DNA from: Iphione sp. A-MEVVRFRX5
Lineage: Eukaryota
DNA: 64,000 bases
NCBI GenBank assembly: GCA_976226885.1
Contig: OZ320317.1
Span: 83,886,001 to 83,950,000 of the forward strand
Direction of reading: 5' to 3'
Notes under the pieces: model-generated
The model's input: the letters and a program-made list of their open reading frames with translations, nothing else
What the model was told of the DNA's origin: nothing
Databases searched by the model: none
Program-made: the position numbers and the translations under genes
Shown: in pieces, positions 1-13,372 of the stretch
How the letters are laid out: every line of letters starts with the position of its first letter
How positions within the stretch are numbered: position 1 is the stretch's first letter

Positions 1-3000
1 TCTAGGGCTGACTAATACGACAGACATGGCAATGCCTGATTCGCAAACTTTCTTCTGGGTGGTCCGCCCCCCCCTACCCATTCAACACTACTATATCCAT
101 CTGCCCTGCCCCCCCTCCCCTCCAAAGCGTCTACAAAAAAAAAGACGATATGGTCGCACAAGACATGCCCCAGCATACGTTCGTCTTCGTTTGCAGAACT
201 CTCACATCTCAGCACCGGGTTACAATCTGATCGGAGATCAAAAGGCGTATTTTTTCCCACAATATAAAAAAAACCCAACAACATGTCTCCCAACAGACGC
301 CGTTTCAATTAGTGGTAGACACATGGTTGGATGGTCTTTTGTTATACGGTTATCCGTGAACAAGGCCTCATACAAAGGCAACTACAAACGTTTTGTCTTT
401 TACAATTACAATGATGGTTGATTCAAATTTCGACTCGGGAACCTACCATATTCTGGTACGTTCAGTGTGCATGTAGGCTTCTTTTCAGATTTGTCACATC
501 CACCAAAGACATAATGTCATAAAAATGATGCTTTTTATGGAGCAATGGGGCGGCGATGTCATCATTACTGTTTAGAAGTAAATGTATTCGAACATTTGTA
601 GAAAATATTCTGATTGCTTAGATATTAAACATTCATTTTATTACACTCCGTTTTTTTAAAAAATCTCATTCAGCAATCGCATGCCAACTTCCCATTACAA
701 TGTGTTGGTAATGGACAATAATGGTTGATTTACATCTTGTTATACTAAAATATATTTTTTCTCACTGTTAAAAATGTGTCGTGGTGATTTAGAATGAGTT
801 TAGCTACATCCACCTGGTTCCTCGCTATCAATAACAAGCCCATATGACCGGGTGTTGACAACATACATGTACATGTGCACCTCTGTGAACACAACGGACT
901 TCGATTTCACATGTATAGCTCTTCGCTATGGATGAGAAGTTAATTGGCATCACTGTGGGTACCATTTCCACGGTTAGGGAATAAACTACCCAGCTAGCCT
1001 TTAGTTTGTAGTTCACCCACGGCTCCCCATCCCTGACTACCCACACGACCTGCGGGCCATGCCCCTAGGGCTGCAGGTGGAAGGAAACCCTGAGGTCGCC
1101 GCCGCCGCCGCCGACGCCGAGACCGGTCAGTCCCGGAGGCGGTCCCTGGCGTGGGAACGCCCGGAAATCTGTCCCGCCGCGCGCGGTCGGCGGTTCCTAG
1201 AAGTGAACCATATGGACACGGGTGATGGTCACTCCCACATGCCGGAACAGGGCGAGCACACACGGTGCCGCTATACTAGTCACGTCCACGCACGCAGAGC
1301 ACTGATTAGGCACGCATTTCACGCCTGTATGCATGGACTGTACATATAATGTATACAGTCAACGATTCTCCTTTGTAAGGCTTGGTGTCCATGTACACAC
1401 GTTGGCACGGATGTGTGTATGGTAACATATGAGGGCGTGTCTCTGCTGTGGAGCATGTATTCATTGTGTTTTCCCATTGACATACCTGTTATGAGGAGTC
1501 TGCCCAAAATACACACACCAAACAAGGGCCGTATAGCATGGAAAATGGGATAGCTCTCATTTTTGAAAAACAGCCACACACGGCTATGCCTGACCATGCA
1601 TGGACATGCTGTGAATCATAGTTCCCCCAAAATACATACTGAAACATGCCAGAACAGACATGGATACATGCGTGCATGGAAACTCTCCCTAACAGACAAC
1701 GATGGTTATGGTTTAGAGATCAGCTGTGAGAGAATTGAAAATTAATAGCAAGTCTAATAACAGCAAAACTGAACGTAATTGCAAAGAGATATCGTTTCCA
1801 AGGCTGCACCAGAACACTGCAGCCTCAAGCGGTTGCTTTCCTGAGTCAAGCATAATATCCATGTGTGCAGGTAGTATCTTTGACAGCCATGGAACATTGT
1901 AAAAATATCTCATTGTGTTCATGTGCTAGAGTGTGTACATGTAGCATGTTTATCATGTATCAGGCCAGTAAATATGTGTCCACAGTGTCAACTAGAGAAC
2001 ATTTCCCAATTTGGAAACATGGTACATGTGCACACACTACATGCCTCATGCATGTGTGCATGGACTTACTGCTACTTACAAGCTTAGTCCGTAAAACCCA
2101 CCACGAAAGCACAGCACCACAGCTGTGAAAATACACATATACATGGAAATTAAGCCTTAGATGAAATGGTATGCAATGCCAGCTAGGAGGCCACGTATAT
2201 GTACGTGTGTATATGCATTTTGAACGTGCAAAAAATGAGTGAAGGATGTCGATATTGACGGCAAGCTTACACAGAACAAAACTGGCTGTTCAAAATATTA
2301 ACATCAATAGCTAGTGTACATGCATGTTAAAATATTGGTTGCAAACTGCTAGGTTTATGTAAAAAAAAGACGTAATTTTCATAATACATAAAATATATAA
2401 AACAACAAAATAAACTGACAAACTGGGGACCCGTATCATCAAACGTATTGCCAATCAGCTGATCGCCAGCAGCATAAGAAACAGGTAGTGCGGATGTATT
2501 TTCTGCCATTTGTGACGTCATCATGGGAATCGACTAATGAAATGGTGTAAAATTGCGACAATGTCGCAATTACGTAAAAGTTACGTCCGCGCTACCCGCT
2601 ACTTCGACGTTCAGTGATCGGTCCATTGCTGCTTGGTTACTCATGGAGTACCTGATCATTCTCATAATTATTATTGTTTTCCTTGCATGATCAACAAAAC
2701 TAAATTGGCCCCGAAAATAGCCTGTACAGGTTGAGATAGAGAACATACACGACCATAAAGAAGAACCTCTTATTCTGGACAGTCACTCCCTTTGATGTCC
2801 ACTTTACGGCGAGGTCCCACTGTATGTGCATGCATGTATAATCGATGCATCTTTTTGAAAAGAATGTCAAAATCGGCAGGTTTTTTTTTCTAGTTAAGGG
2901 ACACGCATGTTTGAAGTGTTTGAATTCCGCATCACTCGCCTCACTGACTCGATACTTTCAAGGCTTCCCCGACGGATGGGACTTCCAGCAGTGACGGGAG

Positions 3001-6000
3001 CCTCAGTGTCCGGCCATCTGTTTCCAAGTGTTTGCTTAAAAAGTCATACCATCTTTGCACCGGAAGTGCCCAAAATGGCGCACGTGCAGTGACCGCACTC
3101 TACAAACGTTAGCTGGCACCGTAATGCGCCTTATGACACTTCCATTCTCTTGATGTTTGTCAGAGATACGACTGAATATTATGAGAAGTAGTCTGCACAA
3201 GTTATAGGTGCACATGCTTCCTCCACGCGAGGAAGATTTCTGTTATATATACATACTATAACTAAAGCGATCGGTTTCATTTACATTTGGATGAGATCAG
3301 CATCTTGGACATTCTACACTTTAACTTGGCTAAAATGTGCGCCATATATATCTGCGTATGTATTTATACAAGAAAAGTTGACAGATGAGAAATTCATGAT
3401 TCACCGTGTACGCTCCAGGTTACTTCTAAACAATATCATTAGAAACACCACAAGGTGTGTGAGGTTTGCCTCTTTTTGTCTCTGTAAATAGTTCCACCTT
3501 CATTATGAAGCAAAATTAACAGATTTTAAGATAAAATGCGTATTAACGGGAAATTTTCCAATTCGCAGGATGTGTTGAAGGCTTGAAACAGAGGCGACAC
3601 CTCGTGGCATACTACGGAAATGCATGAAGACTGCAGGGACCGTCGACACGGGATGAGATGAATCCAGATCACGTTTTAGGCTGGTTTTAGATAGTACTTA
3701 TCATTAAATAAACTGGAATATTGCTGCATATTGTTCTTTCTATTTCTATATGTACTTCTATATGTATTGTCACATGTGGGCTATCATTCTCATGGGCATA
3801 CAAATGGAGAACGTGTATTTTGTTCGGGACATATGTTATTTCGGGGGCGTTAATGCTAAAGAATGTTAACAACCTTTATGCAATACATTTGCGGTCATAA
3901 AAATTGGAAAAAAGTCTTTAGAACGTTTACGCATAACAGAGTGAAAACCGACCACACACCTTTGGCATACGGATCTCCAAAGGACCTGCCAAGCGAGAGA
4001 ATTCAGTAAGGAATACCTAGATGAAGGAAAGACGAATTGGTTATTAGTGAACATCCTTCGAGATCAAACTTCACATTTAGTTTTCTCCACCCGGGGGGGG
4101 TGTGAAAGAATTGAATTCTTGGGTTTCTTTCTCTGACCCTGGGCCGTTGTTTGCCTTTACTGTTTCCCTGCACATTATCCTTAACCATCTGGTAGCGATA
4201 CACTGTAATGCTGTACACTCTATCTGAGTGCCTGTCAGAGATAAGGCAGGGGCCAGCGGCGGGAGGTATGGGCGACGTGAACTCGTCGAGACAAGTTGCA
4301 GCGACGGGGGCCATGCAAAATACTTCCGTCTCCGGTTTCCAGTCGACGCTGGTGCCTACGCGGTACCTGACCGTCATCAGTGGCACGTCGGGTACCGGCT
4401 GGGGGCCAGAGAAGCGTGTGGCGCTGCATAGTGCCCAAATACTATGCAGTAGTCGTCCACACTGTGCTGCTGGCCACTCTGGACCAGAATTGTTTGTTGA
4501 CTGTGGCGGTTTTTCCATGTATACCTGTAGTAACGGCCTTGGAAATTGTTACCACAATGTCTGAAATTGATGGGCCTCTGTAGGTTTACAGGCGACCAAT
4601 GGTACCTGCTGCTGTGGAAATCTATTATTATATTTACACTTCCGTAGGTGGGAAATCCTGCCGACAGTAGATCATCATCACAGATAATCATCTATATACA
4701 TGTACATCAAGTCAGGACACATGGGTAGAGACATAGTTTGTCTTTGTCTGCTTTGTCTTGCACATCAGGGCAATGTATCCAAAAGCATTAATATGTGTAT
4801 ACATATGAAAAACCTGCCTATGTTTCTTCATATGATCGGCCGTTAGGATAATATTATCAAGCAAGAATATCATTACAAAATTGATAGTGCCAAAACACTG
4901 ATCGAGAACGAAACAACATGTGTACAGGAGAAAGTTTTAGTGACATCTTGCACTAAATTCAGACGTGATGCGATGAGAGATTTGCAGTATTTGCCTGTTA
5001 TTTCACGCTTGCAATATCGCACCTATGATGGGTATCAGGCCGGGATGATATTTAGAGAAACAATACCGTTTGCTTATCATACACAAAACTATAATAATTA
5101 TATGCATGTACATGTATGTATAGTCACTACCTAATCAGTATTTTCCGCGTATATTTCTTTAATTATATCCCCTTAAGGAAAACTAAATAAAGAAGACAGC
5201 GCATCTTGTCACCTTTGGGATGGAATAATTCACGCCCCCATGGTATGGGAACATTATCCTCCACCGTGGCACGACGGAGTGTTGTATGGCACCTAAATCG
5301 ATCGACATGCCTGAAAGGCGAACGACCAGTCGAGTCCACGTCTAGCCACCCTCCAGGGATCAACCTCCGGCGTGCGACCTCTCTCGCCTTCCCTTCCCCC
5401 GTCCCTCAACCCCCGCAACCCAATGAGATATTCTCAGCACATCTGGAGAACGACAGGAGGTCTTCCAGGCTGCGGATTAAGCAAATCAAGGGTGAAAAGG
5501 CTTTCCATATGTTCAAGCGCAAATATATCCCGAACCGTGCCTTCAGTCTGGCAAAACGGAGCAGGATATTCAACGATCACTGTCTTCAGGTACTTCTTCA
5601 CGCCTGCATGCGTTATTTACTACAAACATTATGAGCTAGCTATCAATTTGATAATGCATGTTCACTACCAAAACAACAAGTTACCAACCCCCACCAATCC
5701 TTCACCAACCCCCCCCCCCCCCAAAGAAAAGAAAGTATGATGTTACATCGTAGGGTAAGGAAATGCACATGTATTAGATTGGCCTTACACACTGTGCAGT
5801 CCATAAGTGCTCCCCTCAGACTTCCGGTCACGGGCTAGCGGTACAGAGTGTACAGGGAAGAGCGTGTTGGGGCAAGCCTGATGACACACGTGTCTCCAAG
5901 CGGGTGGGAGGATGAAGTCAATGAAGTAGAAAATCACCAGCCAATGCCGTGATGAGAACCAGGTGCATTCCTAAAGTTCCTACATAAAAGCTGTGCCTAT

Positions 6001-7217
6001 AGGCTTTGCGCTCGTCTCTTTTATTATTATGTTCTACACGCTGGTTTAAAAACTTAATGTAACATAGGCCCTATATGTTTTAGGCATAGATTGTAAGCCC
6101 CGCCCCTCGAAAACTTAAATGCCGGTAACAAATACCGTAAAAGGGAGATGAGCTGAGATGAATCAATCTACTGTACACTGTATGAAGGAGAGAAGAATAG
6201 ATACAGCACATGTGCATGTACGTGAGCAATTATTAGAGCAGCTCGTGTCTTCAACGATCAAGGTAATAGTCTACTTTGAAAGGCTCATAGTACTTCTATG
6301 TGACTAGCTTGAACAGTTTAGGTGGCTGCCATGAAGTGATCTTTGGGGTCACGATGATAAGGCTCGAGGTGCTCACAGCTGGAACGGGAGACTCTTGGAG
6401 AGGACATTCTGGGCATATCTCAGCCACACTCGCCAGTGATGAGCTCCCTATAACGCTGCAATCTGGGACGCTATCGGAGGCTCCATCGTATAAGATAGCT
6501 GGGATCTTTCAGCTGCCGTAAATAATCATCATCTTCTCTTCCTGCTCAGTTCCTATTTACACGATAAATCTATAATTCACGGTTAAACCAAAATCAGTTG
6601 TCAACAAAGTCCCCAAGGGGATATTTTTTCTATTATATTGAATATGTGTCAACGGGCAGACTTCATGAATCCAGGCCCCGTGCACTCCATGACTATTCGA
6701 TGGCAATGGGTCTTCAAGCATGAAGATAGCTACATGGGAAGTCAGCCTTAGGTGCCGATGAAGTGATAGTTAATCCATATCCTAGCATGCTAATAATGGG
6801 AAAAACAGAAATACAAAAATATAATTTCTTTTATGAAAAATAAGTCCTGGAATGTTTTCAACTGGTACCCATTTCTGTCTTAATGACGTGACGTGACGCG
6901 ACAGATCTAAATTTGACACTCGCAATATATATTCAAACCACCTTCGTTGACAACTCTATTTTCATATGTATTTGACACATGCGCTGACAATGATAGGCAG
7001 TGACAGAAGCCTTATCAGCGCTATAAATATAATGCTAAATTGGAACGTTTGCCTGCCCTCGGGGGCGAGACCTGCTCCTATACATTTAACACCTTGTGCG
7101 AAGCGTTTTAAATGTCACTCGTAGCTGGTGATAGCGAATACCTTCTGCATATGGGCACTTCGTCGATATGAGGATAATCGTCAGACATTTACAATTTGAG
7201 AGGAAATCAAAAGCCAA

Positions 7218-7353
7218 AAGTGGTCGTATTCGTTAGTTTGGTCGCATATTGATCATAATTCCTATAGAAAAGATAATTTCTGGTCCCAACTCTAGTGGTC
7301 GTATTAGTGAGAATGGTCGCAAATCGGAGTGGTCGAAAATAGAGTTTCCACTG
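7218..7353. mobile_element. Terminal fragment of a TA-target MITE
   Basis: Ends in GGTCGAAAATAGAGTTTCCACTG|TA with repeated TGGTCG subterminal motifs, resembling the end of the 20527 family; no matching other end found. Confidence 0.55.
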
Positions 7354-9872
7354 TAACTACATTGAGATATATATTTCCATTGACTCCAATCGAAGAAACG
7401 GCAATTCGTATACAAAACATTCTTGACCAGAAATACATGTCGGGCACACGTTCTTGGACGCACCACATGACTATAGGTGCAGTCTGTTGCTCGAGTGATT
7501 AGAGCTAAACGCACCGTGTCTGAGAATGGTTGACCACTTCAGCGCTGGGTACAGCTGGACAGTGGCCAAGGTTCATCACGCAGAAGACCCATATCGTGAG
7601 AAAAAGCATGTCTGGGGTCTCGGGGGGTGAATGTACCGAAGGATTATTGAAACCCATGTGGTCCCACGTTGCACTATTGAAGCCCAAATCATTTGGGGAA
7701 GAATGATAGGAATAAGGCCGTTTTTCCATGTACCCGTAATTACAGTGCCAGAAACACACCTATAATGTCTGTAATAATCCATAATATAATTTTGTCTTAG
7801 TTACTTCCCATGAAACCAGTGTATTACCGATGCGGCTCTGCAACTGTAAAAGCCAAACAAACCACTGTTGATGGGTATTACTGGATAGAGGCATGTAACC
7901 ATAATGTCCATAACAATCAATAATATATTATTCATCCAGGTACTTCTCATGTAAACCCAGGCACCACAGTTACACATTCAGTCAATGTTTCTATTGTAGC
8001 TATATGTGTACACTGAAAAGTAATATGAAAGACCATATGAAACATATATCCCAGCTACATATCCGACACCATAAATATATGTGTACAGGGAAAGCCCTTC
8101 AAAGGGGAAACGCATCTGTGGCCGTAATGTGGGGACAAAACGAGGGCACAGGAATGTACCTGCCCCTATGTCAACATGATACCAATCCACTGCAGATGGG
8201 TCTTCCCAGATTCGATCCATCAACATGATGGCTGGGGTGTTGATTTCAACTGCCATGGACGTGCAACTATCAGCGTAACGCTCAGACACTTGGGTGGCTA
8301 CATTTCTTATGTCCACCTTTATACACCTCATCCGTGGAGTTTATTAGTGGCATACAGCCTCCTCTGCAAACCATTTTGTGCTTATGTATACACGAAAACG
8401 TGAATTTGTGCACATGGAAAAACCTTTTTAAAGCTATTTGCAAGAATCTTGAAGTCTTCCATCAGAAAGAGACCCATTTCCTTCAACATTACGTATCTAT
8501 ATGTATAGTCTGACAAATCAAAGACATCTGGTCATAGATACCCCGTACAGGCAGAAAGGGAGATAAATAAGTACATGTATGTGCGTTTAATGTTTGGCTA
8601 TTGGTCATACAAATATTTCTGTGCACCATGCAGTAGAACCGCTCCCGTAGGCTTCACACAGGTAAAGCAAACAGCAGGTGTCGACAAAATTCATCAGTCC
8701 AATTAGTGGTCTGCACATGTGTCTGTAGAGTCGGAGGAATTATTCCCTAAACAAGTCCCGGTTAACTCTTTAAACGAGCTGATAAATTCCTCTCTGCCGT
8801 GCCACGCTAAACATGCCCACCATCACAGCGGAGAGGGCGATCGGATGTAGGGGACCCTGGGGGAGAGTATAGGGCTGGCAGGTAGACAGGCGTTGGTAAA
8901 GCAGGGCGAGACTAATATACCCTGGACAGGTGATGCGGGCGAGCAAGGAGGATCGGGTGTATTCTAGGGGATCTATCAGGGCCGTCATTATCACAATTCG
9001 ATCAGCAATCGATAAAAATAAGGTGAAGTGGTCGTCAGAAGTGTCTCTGACAGGGATCTCATTATCACAGCGTGTTGCTGCCAAGGGATTTAGATCGACC
9101 GATTTGATTTGGTGGTCTGGAAGCAGATTTTCGCCTTAACTGCAAATGCCTTATATATACTCTAATGTTTTCCATTGTTTACAGAGCTTTGTATTGCATG
9201 AAGTCGTGTTTGAATGAATATTTAGTCAATCAAACTGTTAATTTATGAATGCATACGAAGAAAACGGAATTTACCTCTCCATGGTGTGTGGTGGTACCAT
9301 TTAGTCTAAAGGGCATTGGGTGTTTCACTGTTCCATTTAATTTTTCCTATGAAACGGACAATTCTGTTCAGAAAACTGGAGTCACCATCATTTGATACAC
9401 GAAATCGACCTAGACCGCCCACATAACACAATCACGTTAACATTTACATGTGTTTCTAAATGGTTTCAAACACCTGCACGTTTAAGTATCACCCATTGTA
9501 CACATACATTAACTAAAATCCGTAGCCCCCGTAGAATTTCACATTCCTACTGTGTGGTACGTTTCCATATGCTATGATTCCAATCTTTTGTCCACTTAGG
9601 TATTTCGAGAGCGCCCGCCCCCTATAATGTACGATTGGTTTCCTACCCCCACTGCTCGCATGAGATTGCATGTTGATCCATATCATCGCCTGCTGAAGCA
9701 TGCGTTCGGGCCGTGGGGTCAGGCAGTTCATCAATCATGGCCTTTCTTGCCTCTTCCTCGAGGGATGTGGTCACGCCGCCAGCAGTAGTCACGCATCCCT
9801 GCTCGGTTGGTTGAGGAAGCCCCTCGCTGAGATGTCCGAAACATCATCGCCTGAAACCCCTCGCTTTTCAAA

Positions 9873-10035
9873 NNNNNNNNNNNNNNNNNNNNNNNNNNNN
9901 NNNNNNNNNNNNNNNNNNNNNNNNNNNNNNNNNNNNNNNNNNNNNNNNNNNNNNNNNNNNNNNNNNNNNNNNNNNNNNNNNNNNNNNNNNNNNNNNNNNN
10001 NNNNNNNNNNNNNNNNNNNNNNNNNNNNNNNNNNN
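9873..10035. other. Assembly gap (163 N)
   Basis: Run of N. Confidence 1.
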
Positions 10036-12830
10036 CTATCTCTTAGGATCAGAATTACTTTATAAGACTTCTCATTCATAAAACATTCGGAATACTCTTT
10101 GCCGAGGCTCCCCGTCCGTAATGGAGAAAGGCAGGCAATTCGACCGTGGATCATGGCCATCAGGTTACGGGGGGTGGGGGGGGTGAGATGAGAAATTCCC
10201 TCTGACCGGGAGGGGGCGCTGAACGACTCCCGTCCTTGGTCCCCTGCAGGTCGTGGCCAGCATTTCCCATTAACATTTGGCCCCGACTGGCTGACCTGCC
10301 TGACATGCCATCAAGTGGCATCCGCCATTTCTACCATCCGCAGCAGCAGGACTTCACCCTGGGCGGCGGCAGGGGGACCCTTCCACTTTCCCCTGCCGAC
10401 TGTGCGGTGGTCAGGGCGCCCCCAGAGCGGCCATGGGTGAGTGATCAGTATAAGCAGTGGTCAGCCCCATTGGTGCCCTCAGTACCCGGCACCCCGGGAG
10501 CCCCCCTTGACATTTGGCCGCCCGTGGGCCTGGCTCCGGCCCTCCCAGAGTGGAGCACGCCGGCCATCCGGGGGTAAAAGGCATTCACCATGCTCACCTG
10601 ACAAGAACACATCGCATGGCCCCACCTGAGCATGTTCGATGGTATAGACGCACGCCCCCGAGGTACGAATATATAGATTTATGGCACCTGTGCAAGGTCC
10701 AGCCTCCCACACTCCACCTTTGCCCAACACTTGCGTTTTGTCACGTCTTGCAACTCGACCTGGTCATCCGCAACTCTTATCCCCTCGGTGACTTTCACAT
10801 TACTGTCGCTGATCTCCATGGGTCAAGTGTTAGGTCACTGACCATAATGCTGGCTTGGCACCTGGGTCCGGCCGGCTATCACGTTCACAGTTGGCTTGAC
10901 GTTGAGCAGACACGTAGGGAGGAGGGGTCGTGTCGTGCCTGTATGCCTGCCTTTGCGACTTCCCCTTTGCCCCCCCAGATGCCCGAACAAAACGCCAGGA
11001 ATTACTATTTCCGCACATCAAAGACATGAAAAGTGTCCGTCATTTGGAGTTATCAAAATATCGAGTTTCACAGAAGACAGCCAACAAAAGAGCAATGCAC
11101 GGACCTCTTTCTATACATTCAAGGTCGGGATTTTCAACTTACAGATCCTCTTTCACGAGAGGTACGAACAAACGTGATTTAAGCTAGCTTGAGAAACACT
11201 TTGCTGTCATGCTTCTCCATCTGCATGTTTGTTAGGATAAACAGAATAAAAGAGAAATGTATTTATGTAGCAAACTAGAATCATATGACAAATCATGTTG
11301 TTTCACATGTCCTGGCACATTTCGGTTGTGTTTTCCCAACAATATCGACGGGAATACGTTCCAATCGTAGAGCGTCAACTAGCGTGTTAATATTAAAATA
11401 GATATAACAAGATAACGAAGCAAATTGGTCGTTTACCTACACATGCAACATAATGAAAGTCACTATGATCTTTCTAAGGACATTTTGATTTCGAAGTACC
11501 TAAGGGTTCCTTGATTACGTAATACTTTTCTTATCTAAGAAGCGTGTATACTGTGAATCCTTACATGACGAACAAAATGTTTATTTCTCTGCCAGAACGA
11601 CGAGTTCGTGCATTATGCAATTAGGTATTTTTGAGTCCGAGACCTTGTAGAAGATGGGAGACCTCTGTTACGCATCAGAGGCTCCGTCCGACCTCCCCGC
11701 TCGACCTGCACTCAGGTGTGTCAAGTGAACGCCGCAGGGGAGATGCTGACCGCTGTCATGACCCTGGAGGACAGGTCAAAGTTGAAGGTCGTGTGGCATG
11801 ATGAACAGTAACAATGTCCGGCCTGGACAGTGGGACCAGCGGGCGGCCCTGGACGTCAGGGTCCATTGTACCCGCGCACTGGGAGAAGGTCGTTCAGGGC
11901 ATTGTGTTAAGGAGGCGAGGTCAGGATAACGCCGGAATAACACCGGCGTAATCGGCTTCCATTCAGGCGCCGAAGGACAAGGCCTGAGAGCTCTAATGGC
12001 CTAAGCTTTTAGGGTAAGAAGGGGGGGTCTTCCTTGTAAGGGGTGGGTTGGGTGGCTGGGCAAGAACAGGCGGATACAGCTTCACGCCATGTCGCTCTCT
12101 GGTTTAAATTCTCAAGTGAGCTTTCTGTACTTGGTCACTCGGTCAGTATACTTACTGGTTTCAATATGTGGTCTGTGAATAGCAGAATATTAGCTTCTTA
12201 GAAAGCTATATGGAAATGTCTAGGATTGAGTCCGATCCTCTGCTCGGAACATTTCGTGGGAAAAAATTGAACTACATGAACCTATGGCACCTTTTCTATG
12301 GTGAGTTTCATATGTACACGCTGGCAATGTAAAAGGACATGCTTGAACCTTGTGTAAAAACCTATATATACATAGCATATCTATTAGATCTCTCATCTCC
12401 ACTTGCAACAGAAATGTATGTCGATTCCGCCAAAAAGTGTACCAGCTGTATTCTCCGGGACTATTAAAAACCACAGGAAGAAATTATTGTATAATACTGA
12501 AAAAAGATCTGCATTTCTCCTTATCCATCTAGGACAGCTTATCATGCTAACGGGTGCAATTCTCCATGGGAATGCAGCACTGTGGTAACAATGTGGTATT
12601 ACCTCATCAGGCACCTCTATGGGGAGGAGGTGTTATATGCACTATGCACCATTGTGTGTGAAAAGATATGAGGATACAGGTGAAACCCATCTATAGCAAG
12701 ATACAGTGTAGTCTCAATATGCGACCACATTGATTTGCAACCCTTCTTGCTATTATGACCAGTACAGCCTGGCAAAAAGTTTGGATTCCTATAATTAACA
12801 TTTATCAATTTACAACCATATGTGCTATTA

Positions 12831-12881
12831 CGATCATTTGGGGCCGGACCCAACCACTGGTCGGAAATCAGGACTCCACTG
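12831..12881. mobile_element. Terminal fragment of the same TA-MITE family as 20527-21027
   Basis: Reverse complement CAGTGGAGTCCTGATTTCCGACCAGTGGTTGGGTCC matches the left end of the 20527 element; followed by TA. Confidence 0.65.
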
Positions 12882-13308
12882 TAATTCTTCAATCAGCACA
12901 ATTCTTCCATCAACACTAATAATCTTTATTCTTATATCTTAGAAATTAAGTTGATTTCCTGCTCACATCAACTGCCATCTAAGATTGGTTGATGGTAGGC
13001 CTACATGTTAGTATTTACATCCTAAGGCACTCATGTAGACTTGTTTTTTTGTATGGATACATTTGAACAGGGCCTAACCCCATCGAAAATGAGTTCTTAT
13101 CAGAGTCACCTCAGAGACATCATTCGAGGGACACTAAAATATATTTGATACTGAGATAGTGAGATATTTTTCCGCAGTGTTGGGCTTGCATAGAGTTGTA
13201 CGAGTCATGCACTTTAAACATCACCATTCGAGATGAGCAAGGATGGGACCTTGTTAACTTGTCAAACGTCTGCATAGAACCATTAAAGATGGACGCAGCC
13301 AAAGACAC

Positions 13309-13372
13309 GGGGAGGGTGGGGGTTGAGGAGGGAGGAGGGAGGAGGGAGGAGGGGGGAATATCGGGTGGGGGG
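13309..13372. repeat. G/purine-rich tract with (GGAGGGA)n
   Basis: ggggagggtggggg...gagggaggagggaggagggaggagggggg read directly. Confidence 0.85.

Noticed and set aside
7233-7514. ORF starting RLALIT, resembling human helix D (RLALITDML)
   Set aside because: No phase-0 acceptor placing it after VESQ and no similarity beyond six residues.
12156-12172. 17-nt segment with good acceptor and donor sites on the minus strand
   Set aside because: It is not a multiple of 3 and gives an immediate stop (ACC ACA TAT TGA) in the required phase; no supporting evidence.
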